Origin: Balanoglossus misakiensis
Taxonomy: Eukaryota > Animalia > Hemichordata
Length of the DNA: 64,000 bases
NCBI GenBank assembly: GCA_040954595.2
Contig: CM082586.2
Coordinates: forward strand, 8,587,337-8,651,336
Reading direction: 5' to 3'
Numbering within the stretch: the first letter of the stretch is position 1; every line of letters starts with the position of its first letter. Below the pieces are notes generated by a model, which had not been told where the DNA came from, ran no database searches, and worked only from the letters and a program-made list of their open reading frames with translations. The position numbers and the translations under genes were made by a program. Below, in pieces: positions 1-12,748 of this stretch.

Positions 1-56
1 TCAACAAACCATAATTGACCATGTTATTTTGCACCCCTCCCGTAAAATGCACTCAC

Positions 57-3000
57 CTTCATTCTTGCTGATGAACCAGGAATGCGCAGGATACCTTCAT
101 CATCAAGGCAGTTTTCTTCTATGTACTCTAACATCTAAAGACAACAAAGTTTACATGGAGATACACTTTTTACTTATTTGATAATGATTCTGTTTATCGT
201 TTACTGGTTGAAATATTCAAGAATATGTCATTGGCATCCTCATCCTGGTACATACAGGCAAATGCTAAATGCTTTTAAGAAGTGAGCCTTGTCTTGCCAG
301 TATTCTGACTGAGCACAATAAGAAGTTGCTAAAATTAAGCAGATTTAAATCCACAATTTTGAAAACTATTCTTTGATATCAAATGACGTCAGATGCGCTC
401 AGACGCGGTTATGTTGGCATTCACATTTCGAGGTGACGGGCAACTTCAGCAACATGGTGCAGACAAAGACTGTGCAGACGAAACGCCATGAGGCACCATA
501 CCCGATACATGTTACGTGTCTGGCGGTTCTAAAGTAAAATAAAAACATACTCGGAAAAACTTTTACTGAATGCCAAAATATTGCTTGCCCGTCACCTGGA
601 AATGACAACGCCGTGGGTCACATGGCTAGATCACATGATTGATACTAAAGCATTTGGTGATGTCAATGACTTTGTATGTTCTTTAGATTTTCCTTACCTG
701 TTGCAATATGAGTGGTGCTTTCACATTTCTCACCCGTTTGTTGTCATTTTCAACCATAAGATGTAGAGGTACTCCAAATAAACCAGTCTCTGGGGAAAGA
801 AACACAAGCTGGTAATAATGAAATGTCGTTTGTTTTTAGTCTGTACATGAAATGAACACAATATGCCACCCTGGAAGTTTTAGACAATTTGTCAGACCAA
901 ACCATGCACATGGGACGCACACGCACGAAACTGCAGCACACAAATATTTCCATGGAATAATTCATATGCAAATTGCTCTTAAAGGGACAAAGTCTCTCTC
1001 TCTCGCTGCCTTTTTTCCATTAATTATGTTTGATATAAGACTTATGTGAATGTACATGTGGATATATAGTGAATGAACGTTCGACCACACACAACTTGTG
1101 ACAGTGAAAAAATCGCCCAAACGAATAATCCGTCTTTACCATTTATTCATTTTGGCAAGATTTTTACTCTCATATCCTACAAACGGGATGGAATTTGTAG
1201 TGTATTGTGTGTGGTCGAATATTGATTTACTACATATACACATGTAGAATAACATAACGGTGTATTGCATCAAACATAATTAATGGAAAAGGTGCAGCGA
1301 GAGAAAGACTTTAGTCCCTTTAATTATGCCCCACCATATATTAACAGGTCTAGAACTCTGGAGATGTGATATACAGTAGAACCTGTCTAAACCGAACACC
1401 AAAGGGACTGAAGAAATAGTTTGGCTTGCAGAGGTGTCCGGTTTATAGAGGTTCTTTTAACATGTGGTTCTATGTCAATGTATAGACAGGTTTCCAGATT
1501 AGACAGGGTTTGGCTTAGACAGGTTTTACTGTACCAGATAGAATCACATTTGGTTCAGTGGTTTCCAAGTACCAGTGTAGATGTGCGGTACACAAAGGAG
1601 AATACGGTTACTTAATATTACTATGATTCGTCCAGATTTAATAATTACAATTTGAAATCGACAAATTATTGGTAGATAGAAAAATAGCGTCAAGGACACT
1701 GTGGTCCCATTTGAGGATTATGCGGAAACAGTGACACACCAGAATAAAAATTACAGGTGACATTGCAAGCAGATCTGCAAGCAGCAATATCGGGCCCAAG
1801 CCAACATAGCACATAGCAACATAGCAATAAGCATATCTGCTCTGGATGCCAAGATATGGAAAAGTAGGTCAAAGGTCACCTGAGGTTATGCAAAATTTGG
1901 GCAAGAAATGTTGACCCTATACTGGTCCATGTTCAACAAAAACCAAACCTATAGTCCTATTGGTTAGCCTGGAATTAGGTATGCACATAATTAATGAGAT
2001 ATGCAGGTGTCACAGGTGACCCCCAATTTTGGCTTTTCAATTTTAGTCCCAACCCTCCAAACGCAAAGTCTGTACCTGCTCTGGATGCCAAGATATGATA
2101 AAGTAGGTCAAAGGTCACCTGAGGTCATGCAAAATTTGGGCAAGAAATTTTGACCCTATACTGGTCCAGGTTCAACAAAAACCAAACCTATAGCCCTATT
2201 GGTTAGCCTGGAATTAGGTATGCACATAATTAATGAGATATGCAGGTGTCACAGGTGACCCCCAATTTTGGCTTTTCAATTTTAGTCCCAACCCTCCAAA
2301 CGCAAAGTCTGTACCTGCTCTGGATGCCAAGATATGATAAAGTAGGTCAAAGGTCACCTGAGGTCATGCAAAACTTGGGCAAGAAATTTTGACCCTATAC
2401 TGGTCCAGGTTCAAGAAAAACCAAACCTATAGCCCTATTGGTTAGCCTGGAATTAGGTATGCACATAATAAATGAGATATGCAGGTGTCACAGGTGACCA
2501 ATATTTTGGCTTTTCAATTTTAGTCCCAACCCTCCAACGCCAAGTCTGTACCTGCTCTGGATGCCGAGATATAGGAAAGTAGGTCAAAGGTCACCTGAGG
2601 TCACCCAAAATTTGGGCAAGAAATTTTGACCCTATACTGGTCCATGTCCCACAAGAACGAAACCTCTAGCCCTATTAGTTAGCCCGGAATTAGGTATGCA
2701 CATAATTAATGTGTTAAGCAGGTGTTACAGGTGAGCCCAAAATTTTGCCTTTTATTTTGGCCCCATTGTGCTCACTGACCAATAGACAGTCACTGTACAG
2801 GACTATTGCACAGACCAGAATTCCACAATAAGATGTGGACATAGCTTAACCATAGAGGTATAAGTAAAGGTATAAATTTAATAAAAAGACTAAAAAAATC
2901 ATAAAAAATAAAACATCGATGATATTAACTTAACACTTACAGGTCGATGTGAGGTTGACATATGGTACATGCATACCAATTTTTAAAGCAATCTGACGAG

Positions 3001-6000
3001 TAGTTGTTGACTTTCAGAGTTTTGATAAATTTCACATTTTTCCAGCTAATTTGCATATTTTTGGGCCTGGCAACTTCGTTTGGACAAACTCCCATCTACA
3101 GCCCTGCCTGCACCTACACACCAAATATTGAGGTGATACGCGCAGCGGTTTTCAAGTTTTTGATGTGGACGGACATACAGACATACATCCATACATCCAT
3201 ACATCCATCCATACATACATACAGACGCAACCGATCCCATAAGGTCCCATGGTATATATGCCTATACCAATGGGACCTAAAAAACCTGACTTTCTCACCT
3301 TTGACTTTTCCTCGCCCTTGTTTTCTCATTGGTCGTAAACTCAAGGAATAGTTATCATAGACAGCTGTCAATTCCAGCAATGCCAATGAGCGGATCTTAT
3401 CAATGTCTTTGGCACCAAGACTGGTAATGGGAGTTAGGCCGAGTTTATCCTGGATAATCATGATATTCTGAGAAGAAATCAAAATTAGATGTCTGTAAAT
3501 CATCACAGCATGTGGGTTCATGTAAATGCTGGTATATATGGTAGAAGATAAACTGTATTGTAATTAACTTGCCTTCTATTATTAGCCCTTAATAAAAGCT
3601 TGAATGGAAGATTGTAAGATAGTAATTTTAGAGGTTCCCCAATACACTGACAACTAAATTTGTTAATCTGACAATATTTCGAAAGAATAATAAAATGACA
3701 TGCCAGAATGTTAAAAAAATCCCCAGGTTTTGGCGACCATAACTTAGCTCTAATGTTCCTGGCATTCAATATTTACAAACAGAACATAGTCCCACTGTTT
3801 ACTCATTTGCATGCCATGAAATACCAAATACCAAAAAATGATTTAATGGACACGTGACTAATTAGCATCGTTATTTCACGGCTTTTAATAATCTCACTTC
3901 ACTATATATTCAAGTTTTGACATTTTATACGTAGGGTTTGTTGTTAATACCAAGAGAAAAACTAACCAAGTATAGAATGGAGCGTGCTTGTCAAGAGTTT
4001 ATTCAACAAATGCTTCTAAAAATGAATTTTGAAAGGGACTATTTTTCTTCATTCTCACAGTAATGAAGACAGTACCAAAGTTATATAGTATTGAACCACA
4101 GAATAATCTGCAGTACATAAGCAATAAGAATAAGTGTTTTACAGTATATCATGTTAAACACCACGGTTAAACATTCCATCAACTTTCTCATATCAGAGCT
4201 AGCTATAAGACCTAATCAGTCATTCTACATAACGATAACATACTCACTGGCAAAGTTGACTGTGCACCATTTCCTGGAGAAGATTCCATTCGGATGTTCT
4301 GTATTTAAAAGAAAGGTTGTATGTGTGAAGAAAATATTGTGCAGATGTTACTTTTATCGCTGCTTCCACATGGAGTGGTGATAAATACCTTCCTGAATAT
4401 AGGTTATTTGGGGTTGTTTCTATGGCAACACCTTCACTGAAGAACTAATATCAAGAAAATGCAATATCATTACAAGTGAACACCACAAAAAACAATGCAT
4501 GATACACTCATCAAAATTTAATCAGATTTGGACCTTGCCATGACAGTAATGTGTACCAATTTGACCCAGTAATTTCCGAGTTATCGGTGGACAAATTTTG
4601 TATGTTGACACTGGATGGACACAGGATGAAAACATACATGTATACATGCTCAAAGTACTGACAAGAGATACCTCTGTGCCCCTGGCATAGAGTCTCCACA
4701 ATGGCTGCCTGTATTGGATTGCACAATGACTATTGACATGCATACCCAGGTACATGGTACATTGTAGTGCAATTAACTTGTATCACTTTGAATGGGATCA
4801 GTCAAGCATAGTCGGGATAGATGGGACAGACAAAAAAAGATTGCTCAATAAAACACAATCAGCCCATCTTATTAGTTACACATTTACTGAACACAACACA
4901 ATGCAAACATTATGCATGTACGTAGATATCTAAATTGTCAGTTGCCTACCAGTTTTGCTTCTCTTGACCGTGCACCATTGGCATCAATAACAGTGTTACC
5001 CAATCTCATTTCAGTAACATCTGTCCTTGGCACATCAATTGGAAGTGTATGGGTTAAACTTAGTGTCTTAATGCCCACTGTCATGACAAAAAAATAAACA
5101 ACACAACCACCAGTCTGTTAATGGCAAAATAACATTAAGGAACCTGTGCTACCATTTGAGTACAATAAGAACTATTCATAACTGTACAGGAGGGAGGGAG
5201 GGACGGAGGGAGAGAGCGAGAGAGAGAGAGAGATAGAGAGAGAGAGGGAGGGAGGGAGGGAGGGAGGGAGGGAGGGAGGGAGGGGAGGAGACAGACGGAC
5301 AGACAGATAGAAACATGGTCAATAATATATTAGATTTCAACAAATTTTACAACAACTTCAGTAATTTTGCAAAAAGATACATGAACTGGACTGGCAACAT
5401 GTAAGGAAAAGATGTATTCCTTTGTTAGTTTTCATATATTGGTACAACGGAAAAGCTGAGCATATAAAGTGTGTGTGACAATATGTTCAATCACTTGGGC
5501 TAAGAGGTCTTTATTCATCAGAACAATTAACAAAGGTAGCATGTATTTAAGGTACTAAATTTTAGAAAAATGAACTTAATATTGCAACTGTAAACTGTAT
5601 CGTCTGATTTCAGATAGAAACAGAGATATGGTTTCATAAAGATTCAATTCCAACAGGGAATGTACATGTAATTCATATTTGTTGCAGATCATTTCTTGGA
5701 CCTTGCAACCAAATTTAAAGTTATAAGGCTTTCATAAGTTCATTTCTTTTATTCGGTGTGGAATGTTCTGGGTTGCGAATGATAATAAATTTCTCTGTTA
5801 AGGTATTATAGATGCACTTTCATTAGCTCTAGAATTAAAAAAAAAATGTTTTCAATCTTTTTCATATAAATAGTTTGGCTTGATACTGTTACAATGTTGG
5901 AACTCTGACATAAGGGGAACGTACTAAAAATGATTTTAAATTAGGCATAAATAATGTCTGAACACTTTTTCAGTATTTACAAGGTTGAACACAAATAACT

Positions 6001-9000
6001 TATGCGAAATAGGTATATACGCCAGAATTAAAATCATAGGTGTCATTTGCAAGCAGATATGACATAACTATATAAAAAATATGGAAATGTAAAAAAATGT
6101 GCACTAACCTGTTGTCATTTCAGCTATACCTGTATCAATTCCTAATCCTTCTTTCATTTTGATAAGAGGACGATCAATGACGTAGTTGTCAGGTAGGGTA
6201 CGACTTCTACGATGACGTGATCCCCTTCTACCACTTACTGACTGTGAACCCTATCAGAAATAAATTCTTCAGTTAGTGGCTAATTCAAACAAGTATGCTG
6301 TTCATGATTTTATTTACTGGATGCGTGGAAGGTACATGTACATCACTGGGAAAGAAATACCGTTAAAGTCATTTTATAAGACGCACCTTTTTTGAGTGAC
6401 AGTGTGTGCCGAAAACTTATAATACCAATGTTCTGTTGTATTCATTTCCTTAAAATCTCCTCCCACACAAGTTTTTCAAAGAAGGGGTGCGACCTATAAT
6501 ACTGCTGCGACTTATAAAATGACTTTAACAGTAACCAGTGTGTGGCACTTCACGTGAAGGATCAACTAGGCAGACGTAAGGACATCTACACACACCCATC
6601 AGCCCTGGTCCCCCTTAAGTTGATACAGGCAAAATCTGTTGCATTTTTTCTCACCTGTGATGAAAACACATCCCTGACATCAGGTGTGGTTGGTGATCTT
6701 GCTTTCATGCGAAGAGTGGCATTTAATGTATCAACTCGTTTCTGTACTGCTTCAGCCTGAGCTCTTGTTAATGATGAAGTCACATTTTCAAGTACCGCCT
6801 TTTCTAATTCTTTCCCCTCTGAAATAAAAATGTTCCATTAATTCAACCACCCACTATTCTTTGGAAAATTAATTATTTTATAACCTTCAATTGTTTGACC
6901 ACTGATTAATATGCATGTGTTGATATTGCGTATTTTTCATGAAGATATCTGCAACTTAAACCTTTCAAGGTATTAATTAACTTACTGTGTCTGACACACA
7001 CACACACACACACACAATGTACCTTCATAGTTTGACGCTAAATTTTGAAAGCCAGCTTCCTTTAACCACTGCACTTCTTCTTCACCTTCTGTGAACACAA
7101 AATGGAGGACAGTGAATATGTATTACATGAGCACACAAAACAAAATGAAATACCCCTGCATACATGTACATGTACAAGAGTGGCAAACCGGTATACTACA
7201 TCAGGGATATTTGGTTTCATAATGGCCAAGCTTTTTTGGGGAAACTATCAGAAGTGGATACATTTACTGGTGAGTATTGGATATTTGTCTTATCTCATGA
7301 AGTGGCCCATATTTCCACACGTGAGACACAGACCAGGACAGAAACAAATATACCCCTGTAGGCTGTTCTATGTCATCAACAGGAACTATTTCCATCGATT
7401 TGCCAAGAAAGTGCCTCTGCACAGTCCGGTCTGAGCGAGCGAGCCAACATATTCCGGAAATGGTTTCGAGACAGTTCAGCGCGTGATGACTGAACCTCTA
7501 TATTCCACCAGTCATCGAAATGTATAAGAGAATCAATAATATTTGTGTAAGGTCCCCGGCTGATTTTGAGCTACATGAGTGCCACCCATAGATGACATAC
7601 AAATCTTACCATCAGGCGTCTTGGCAGTTTCCTCTTCAGTATTGTCATTATCATCAGCATCTTTATGCTCTGAAATCTCTTTCAATTCACTTAAATAGAT
7701 ATCCAATTCACTAGCATTTCCTGAAACTTCCATCCCCAGATTTGCATTCAGTATGCTTTCCTTTGTTATCTGAATGAGAAAACAAAACAGCGCATGGTAG
7801 ACAAGCATTGTATATTTCATCGTTAGAAGTAGCAGTAGCTATAGTAAATGCAAGTTTGCATTTGGAGGTTAAGGGAGGTTGAATACCCTATTTTTGATGA
7901 GATTTGCTATAAAACCAATGTCTTAATGCATGCTGTTTTTTTTTTTCAAAATTACAACGATTTTTACATTGACTGCCATACCATTACAATATGACAATAA
8001 ATGTGATACCTTAATTACATGTATTTCCCATTTTCATCATTTATTATTTACGCTAGAGGGAAAAATATTGTTCAATGGATGAACTTGTTTTAGTTGGGCA
8101 TACACTACATCAGTTAACTTTGTTTTCCATTAAAAAAACAAAGTGAGAAATAACAATACTTGTATAATATTAATAATTACAGAAGGTAGTGAGATTAGCA
8201 TTAATATTTCATTCCAAATTCTGAAAAGCTACTTTTTGGTTTTAAAATGTTTCATTTGTCATGTGACAGAAAGTCAACAATGGCAAAGATGCTGACAGCC
8301 TGGTGTTTACAGGGGATGTGTATCAGGGTGGGTTCTCCATAGGGGAGGGGGGGGGGGGGTTGAGGGATACCCCCCACCTCAATTTTTTCGGTGGACCCTA
8401 TGCTGTGTGTGCCGCCCCTGCACTTGTAAAGACCGTCCCTTTGTTTGCATTTTTGGCGACGAAAACAAATGTTTCTTTCATATACTGTTTCAGCCATTTA
8501 CATGTAGTAAAGTTAAACCTTATTGAATACGAACCGTTCTACCCAAACGATCGACCCCAACCCTAAACACGACCCCAACTAGCAACAAATTATCAACAAC
8601 AACAACAACAACAACAACAACAACTACGATATTATTAATAACAACAATGACGGGGTCAAAATGTTTTTATTTTTATTTTATATTTAAACCTAATCGTCAT
8701 CATGACCTTCATTATTTGGGTTGCCATGGGGGATCGAGGCGAGATCCCTGTGTATAACGCCGGACGTTCGCGCTGACATACCAGGACTGAACAAAAAAGA
8801 ACAGTTTGCATATGCAAATAGGGGTAGTACCTCTGTCAGGACTGACTAGTGCAGCGGAGTACACAGGCTTCGCTTCCCGGTTGCGAATAACAGAGAATGC
8901 GCTATACATGAGATTTGGATGAAAGCTTTGGTTTTTGGATGAACTGCGCTTGGTAAGCTGGCTGTAATGATTCTAGCGGATGCTGCAAAAACGTCGTAAA

Positions 9001-9317
9001 CCAAGCAGCACCCGTTACAATCGTTGCAGATTGATAATGATACAAATTAAGTCGCACCGTCTTAATAATTAGCAAAGTTGTGCTTCCGACTTCCGTTTTC
9101 ACCGGGCAGCCATGCGCCGGGTTCTACCAATATTATTGTCCGTCCATAGGATTTCAGTAATCTACTTCACTTATAATCACTTGAAAGTACAACCTACCTA
9201 TGTTGAATCGGCGATACGTTGCATTCGATCGCGTTATTTACATCTGTGTCTTGTCCTCAGGAACACCGCACTTACTAAAGGCGAACCACCATCGTAACCT
9301 TTGACCTCTGGGACCAT
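57..9317 (-). CDS. Rho GTPase-activating protein, ARHGAP18/28/40 (conundrum) family; 5' part, continues past the left edge
   Basis: Phase-consistent GT-AG exons: 9317-9276 (tentative first exon MVPEVKGYDGGSPL), 7769-7610, 7088-7023, 6818-6655, 6250-6109, 5077-4950, 4298-4248, 3467-3299, 789-698, 134-57. Peptides recognised from the ARHGAP18 family: PDEGEEEVQWLKEAG, LTRAQAEAVQKRVDTL, LALLELTAVYD, GLFGVPL and the RhoGAP arginine-finger segment EGILRIPG. An alternative start is the ATG at 7733. Confidence 0.9.
374..645. repeat. Dispersed repeat, inverted copy of 48542-48812
   Basis: Shared TGACGGGCAACTTCAGCAAC, GCCCGTCACCTGGAAATG and GTCTGGCGGTTCTAAAGTA. Confidence 0.85.
983..1319. mobile_element. 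TTAA-flanked palindromic MITE (Kolobok-like)
   Basis: TIR AGGGACAAAGTC../..GACTTTAGTCCCT with long imperfect arms and TTAA on both sides. A second copy is at 57559-57816. Confidence 0.8.
1374..1531. mobile_element. Tc1/mariner-type MITE
   Basis: TA-CAGTAGAACCTGTCTAA...TTAGACAGGTTTTACTG-TA. Confidence 0.75.
1684..3279 (-). mobile_element. Non-autonomous Helentron-associated (HINE/DINE-1-like) element, copy 1
   Basis: On the minus strand: T-run, terminal hairpin GGTCCCATTGGTAT..ATACCATGGGACC, (GTAT)n microsatellite, conserved core, distal ATGGGACC sub-terminal repeat and a small stem-loop AGTGTC-CTT-GACGCT. Both ends are nearly identical to those of 15925-17279. Confidence 0.75.
1837..2750. 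repeat. ~239-bp tandem repeat (about 4 copies) inside the HINE element
   Basis: CTGCTCTGGATGCC recurs at 1837, 2076, 2315 and 2552. Confidence 0.95.
5189..5310. repeat. Polypurine (GA)n/(GGGA)n tract
   Basis: Directly visible. Confidence 0.95.
6360..6531. mobile_element. Tc1/mariner (pogo-like) MITE
   Basis: TA-CCGTTAAAGTCATTTTATAAG...CTTATAAAATGACTTTAACAG-TA. Confidence 0.75.
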
Positions 9318-9330
9318 TTATTGGTCTTAA
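8740..9330 (-). promoter_or_regulatory. CpG-rich promoter/first-exon region of the RhoGAP gene
   Basis: Visibly more CpG than the gene's introns; tandem ETS-like CGGAAG motifs on the minus strand near 9083-9097; candidate splice donors at 9275 and 8830. Confidence 0.5.
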
Positions 9331-9729
9331 ACATTACAATTCACGAACATTTATAATCTAACCATTCGTGATAAATTCAGTAATAAGTATAAAGCTCGAA
9401 ATTTATATTCTTTAATAGTATATACATATATATTCCGCTAAAAGCCATATATATTTTCACCAACGTATGAGGGCGCTGTGTCACAGGCCATCTTGAACTA
9501 TGACCTCTCTGCGGCAACAGCTTCAGATTGAATGGGGCCACAGGCACTCGTATTCAATAAAGAATAATGGTGCATGATAGTCCTGTACAAGTCACCCCTG
9601 CACAGACTAAGCACATGCAGAAGTGTTGCTTTTGCTTGACACAGTGATACGTATTGGTATAAGGACTAACGGGACATAATTGACAGTAGTTGATGGAAAA
9701 TACTAGCATGATAGCAATAATATCAGTTA

Positions 9730-10924
9730 GGGAGCCGTCATTATTTACGGCCTGGGGGGGGGGGGGGTCGGAGGAATTACACTAGAAACTCCAAAATTTT
9801 GAGAAACCCCCCCTGCCAAGCATGCAGATTTTGAGAACCCCCCCCCCTTCCAACACAGAAATTTCGACTACCCCCCCCCCCCCTAAAACCGGAACAACTA
9901 CATATCAAAACATGTATCTGTATAAATCACTATTACAGTAGTGTAGTAAAAGACCTTTCAACTCCAGGTTCACCCTGCTACATTGTAGGTGATCATCAGT
10001 TGCATCATGATGGATTGAAAAGGGTGAAACAACAAAACAATCTCAAAGTCACAACTAAATAATGATTACCGTAAAAGCTCACCCATAACCAGTAACCATC
10101 AAGTAGCATTGTGTAATTTGGACAGGCATCGTTAAAAGTCAAAATGATTATCAAACTTTGTGGGTGAAAATATATTTCTGTGAATTAACAACAGTTCAGG
10201 TAGTTCAGTTCTATGTGCTAATATAGGTATCTGCTGGGAGCATTCCGCCATGATCCGGCTGTCCTTCCCCCTCTTGTAACAACTGTTGGAAATGACTGTA
10301 CAGGTACTATATCGTCACCACTGTCATCTTCACTTTCACTTTCACTGGTGCTGTTCATTTCATTCAAAACAATATCGTTTTCATCATCACTGTCTGTTTC
10401 ATCATTACTGGAAAGAAAATCTGCCTGCAGCTGCAATATTGTGTTTATCCATAGACTCAAGAGATTACCAAACGTGTGACAAAGAGGTCAGAGAAAAAAA
10501 GACAAAGAAAACAAAAACTTACATTTGCTTGAATATACATGTAGTATGCATTTTTCAGTATTTTAATAAATAATAATAATATTTATTTCTTAAAAAATAA
10601 TAAGGAGTAACGTTTTCTATGCATGATCAGGCAAGCATGCCAATCCTTTATCAGCAAATTTTGGGAAAAATACTTTGATAGTGCAGTGTGGACACTCTGG
10701 TGTTCCGCGACCGGAGGTCGCGGAGCGCTGCAGCACTTGCACAGCACACAACTAAATCTTTCAGTTGAAAAACTTTGATACATTTCCCAAAAATGAGTGA
10801 CCCCCCCCCTCTTCATCTACAATTTTTGAGAACCCCCCCCCCTGCAGCCTTCCAATTTTTGAGAAACCCTCCCCCCTTGATTCCTCCGATCCCCCCCCCC
10901 AGGCCATAAATAATGACGGCTCCC
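9730..10924. mobile_element. PIF/Harbinger-type non-autonomous element
   Basis: TIR GGGAGCCGTCATTATTTA.GGCCTGGGGG / ..GGCCATAAATAATGACGGCTCCC; 3-bp TSD TTA at 9727-9729 and 10925-10927. Confidence 0.85.
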
Positions 10925-10925
10925 T

Positions 10926-11076
10926 TAGACTCTCTCACAGCCCCTCTCGTCGTCCATGCAGGCTTATGGTCTGATTGCATGTGTGCCCGCTACACAACAC
11001 CAGACAGTGCTTCTCCCTTGCCAAACGGTTGAGGGCGCGTCAGTGAAGAGCGAACCGTGGGCTGTGAGAGAGTCTA
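10926..11076. mobile_element. Small MULE-like MITE (TAGACT...AGTCTA), interrupted at its left edge
   Basis: TIR TAGACTCTCTCACAGCCC / GGGCTGTGAGAGAGTCTA; 10-bp direct repeat TAATATCAGT at 9718-9727 and 11077-11086. Confidence 0.75.
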
Positions 11077-11272
11077 TAATATCAGTCAGCTGACTGGTGA
11101 ATGGAAGACACCAATTTGATGCAAGGCAATTTGCTGAACCCTTGAATCGTTTTAAATACATGTATATAGGTATACAATTATTATGGTGCTGGTATGATGA
11201 ATTTTGGGCAATTAAGGTACCATGTTAAAGTCTCCTATTTATTATCAGATATGTCAAAAAGGATATCTAGGC

Positions 11273-11707
11273 CACAGGCGCTCAAGACGATCGCTTCGCG
11301 ATGGGGTGGGGGTGGCTTCGCGATGGGGTGGGGGTGGGGGGCTCAGTACCCCTAAAATATAAAAGAAGGTATGAAAGGCCAGGCCAGGACAGGCCAGGAT
11401 ACTGACGAGATCACAATGTTCAAGCGGCGATTTCGCTGCGAAAATGTCATTAAAACTTACCGAAATGCGGCGGGTAGAAGCTAACAAGTATATGTTTTGT
11501 GATCCATAGCAAAAAAAGCTCAATTTAAAGGCAAACTGCTCGAAATGTGGAGGTTTCGAGCGCGGTTCGAGCGACACTTTCGACAGTGGACATTGTCGAT
11601 GTCAGTATGGCCGCGGTCACTATTTTAGGGGTACTGAGTCCCCCACCCCCACCCCATCGCGAAGCCACCCCCACCCCATCGCGAAGCGATCGTCTTGAGC
11701 GCCTGTG
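11273..11707. mobile_element. hAT-type MITE
   Basis: ~85-bp near-perfect TIR beginning CACAGGCGCTCAAGACGATCGC; 8-bp TSD ATCTAGGC at 11265-11272 and 11708-11715. Confidence 0.88.
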
Positions 11708-12748
11708 ATCTAGGCCCCCTATTCATAAGATAAAACATTCAAAAGGAGAACAAACGATTGGCACACTGTTTGTGAGCAATTCAAACAATAAAGCGGGAAC
11801 CACGTATTGAGAAGAGGGCTTTAAAGTAAATATTTATATGTTGCTACGCCAACATCAGTTATTGCAGGGTTCTGCCGAGCCTTCGAAAGAGGGGTGGTCG
11901 CCTAATTCATGTGGTCATTAGTATTCACGATCTAATTGATATTCATTTTATGTCTTTTAAAATGTTGTGATGTGGTGTTTGCAGTGAGGTTGTGTTTGTT
12001 GCACTGAGAAAATAAAACAAGTTTATTAATCAACTGTAGATCATATTTATTTTCCTTATACTTTGTTATTTTGCAAAAATACATTAGGTCTTTTGTGCAA
12101 CAAAAATACAGATTTAGTAGGATTAATAATCTATAACATGTATAAAAATTACCGTTTATACTTTCAACAGCATTCACACAATAACCGATTTTGTTATAGT
12201 AATTACATCGGTGAAGAATACAATACCAACTATATATAAATGAACGTTAAGAGCTTTAAATGACATGTGCACCTTGTTCATAAAAAGTACTAGAGTGGTC
12301 CTCAGTAAAATGCATATGTACTGTGTTATCTCTTCCATGAAAAGAAGCTGACATTGACTGGATACGATAACTCTTGTGTACCTACTAAACTCAAATATTA
12401 TGATTATGTCTAATATTACAAATTTGTCGTTATTCATTATTTTACTCTTTCCTTATAAGCGACATGCCATGTTTTTATGTGTCATATAATTATTGTTTGA
12501 AAATCGACGATAAATGACGAATCATGATAGTATGGTTACATTATATAAAGCGAATATTGTAGAGTACGAGTAACTTTGGCCGTTTTGCTTATGACATTAA
12601 AGATATACAACCATCTCTAAATTGCCTGTACGCGTGTCTGAATCTTCTGACGAACATTCACTAGTGTATTATGTTTTGCGTGACCATTGGATAGATCTGA
12701 AATCGTCCTGATAAATGTGGTTTAGTTTGCATAGGCGACCGCAAACAT

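Noticed and set aside
3004-3351. Similar ORFs at 3004-3351 and 17006-17359 suggesting a gene family
   Set aside because: Both are translations of the shared HINE end and its microsatellite.
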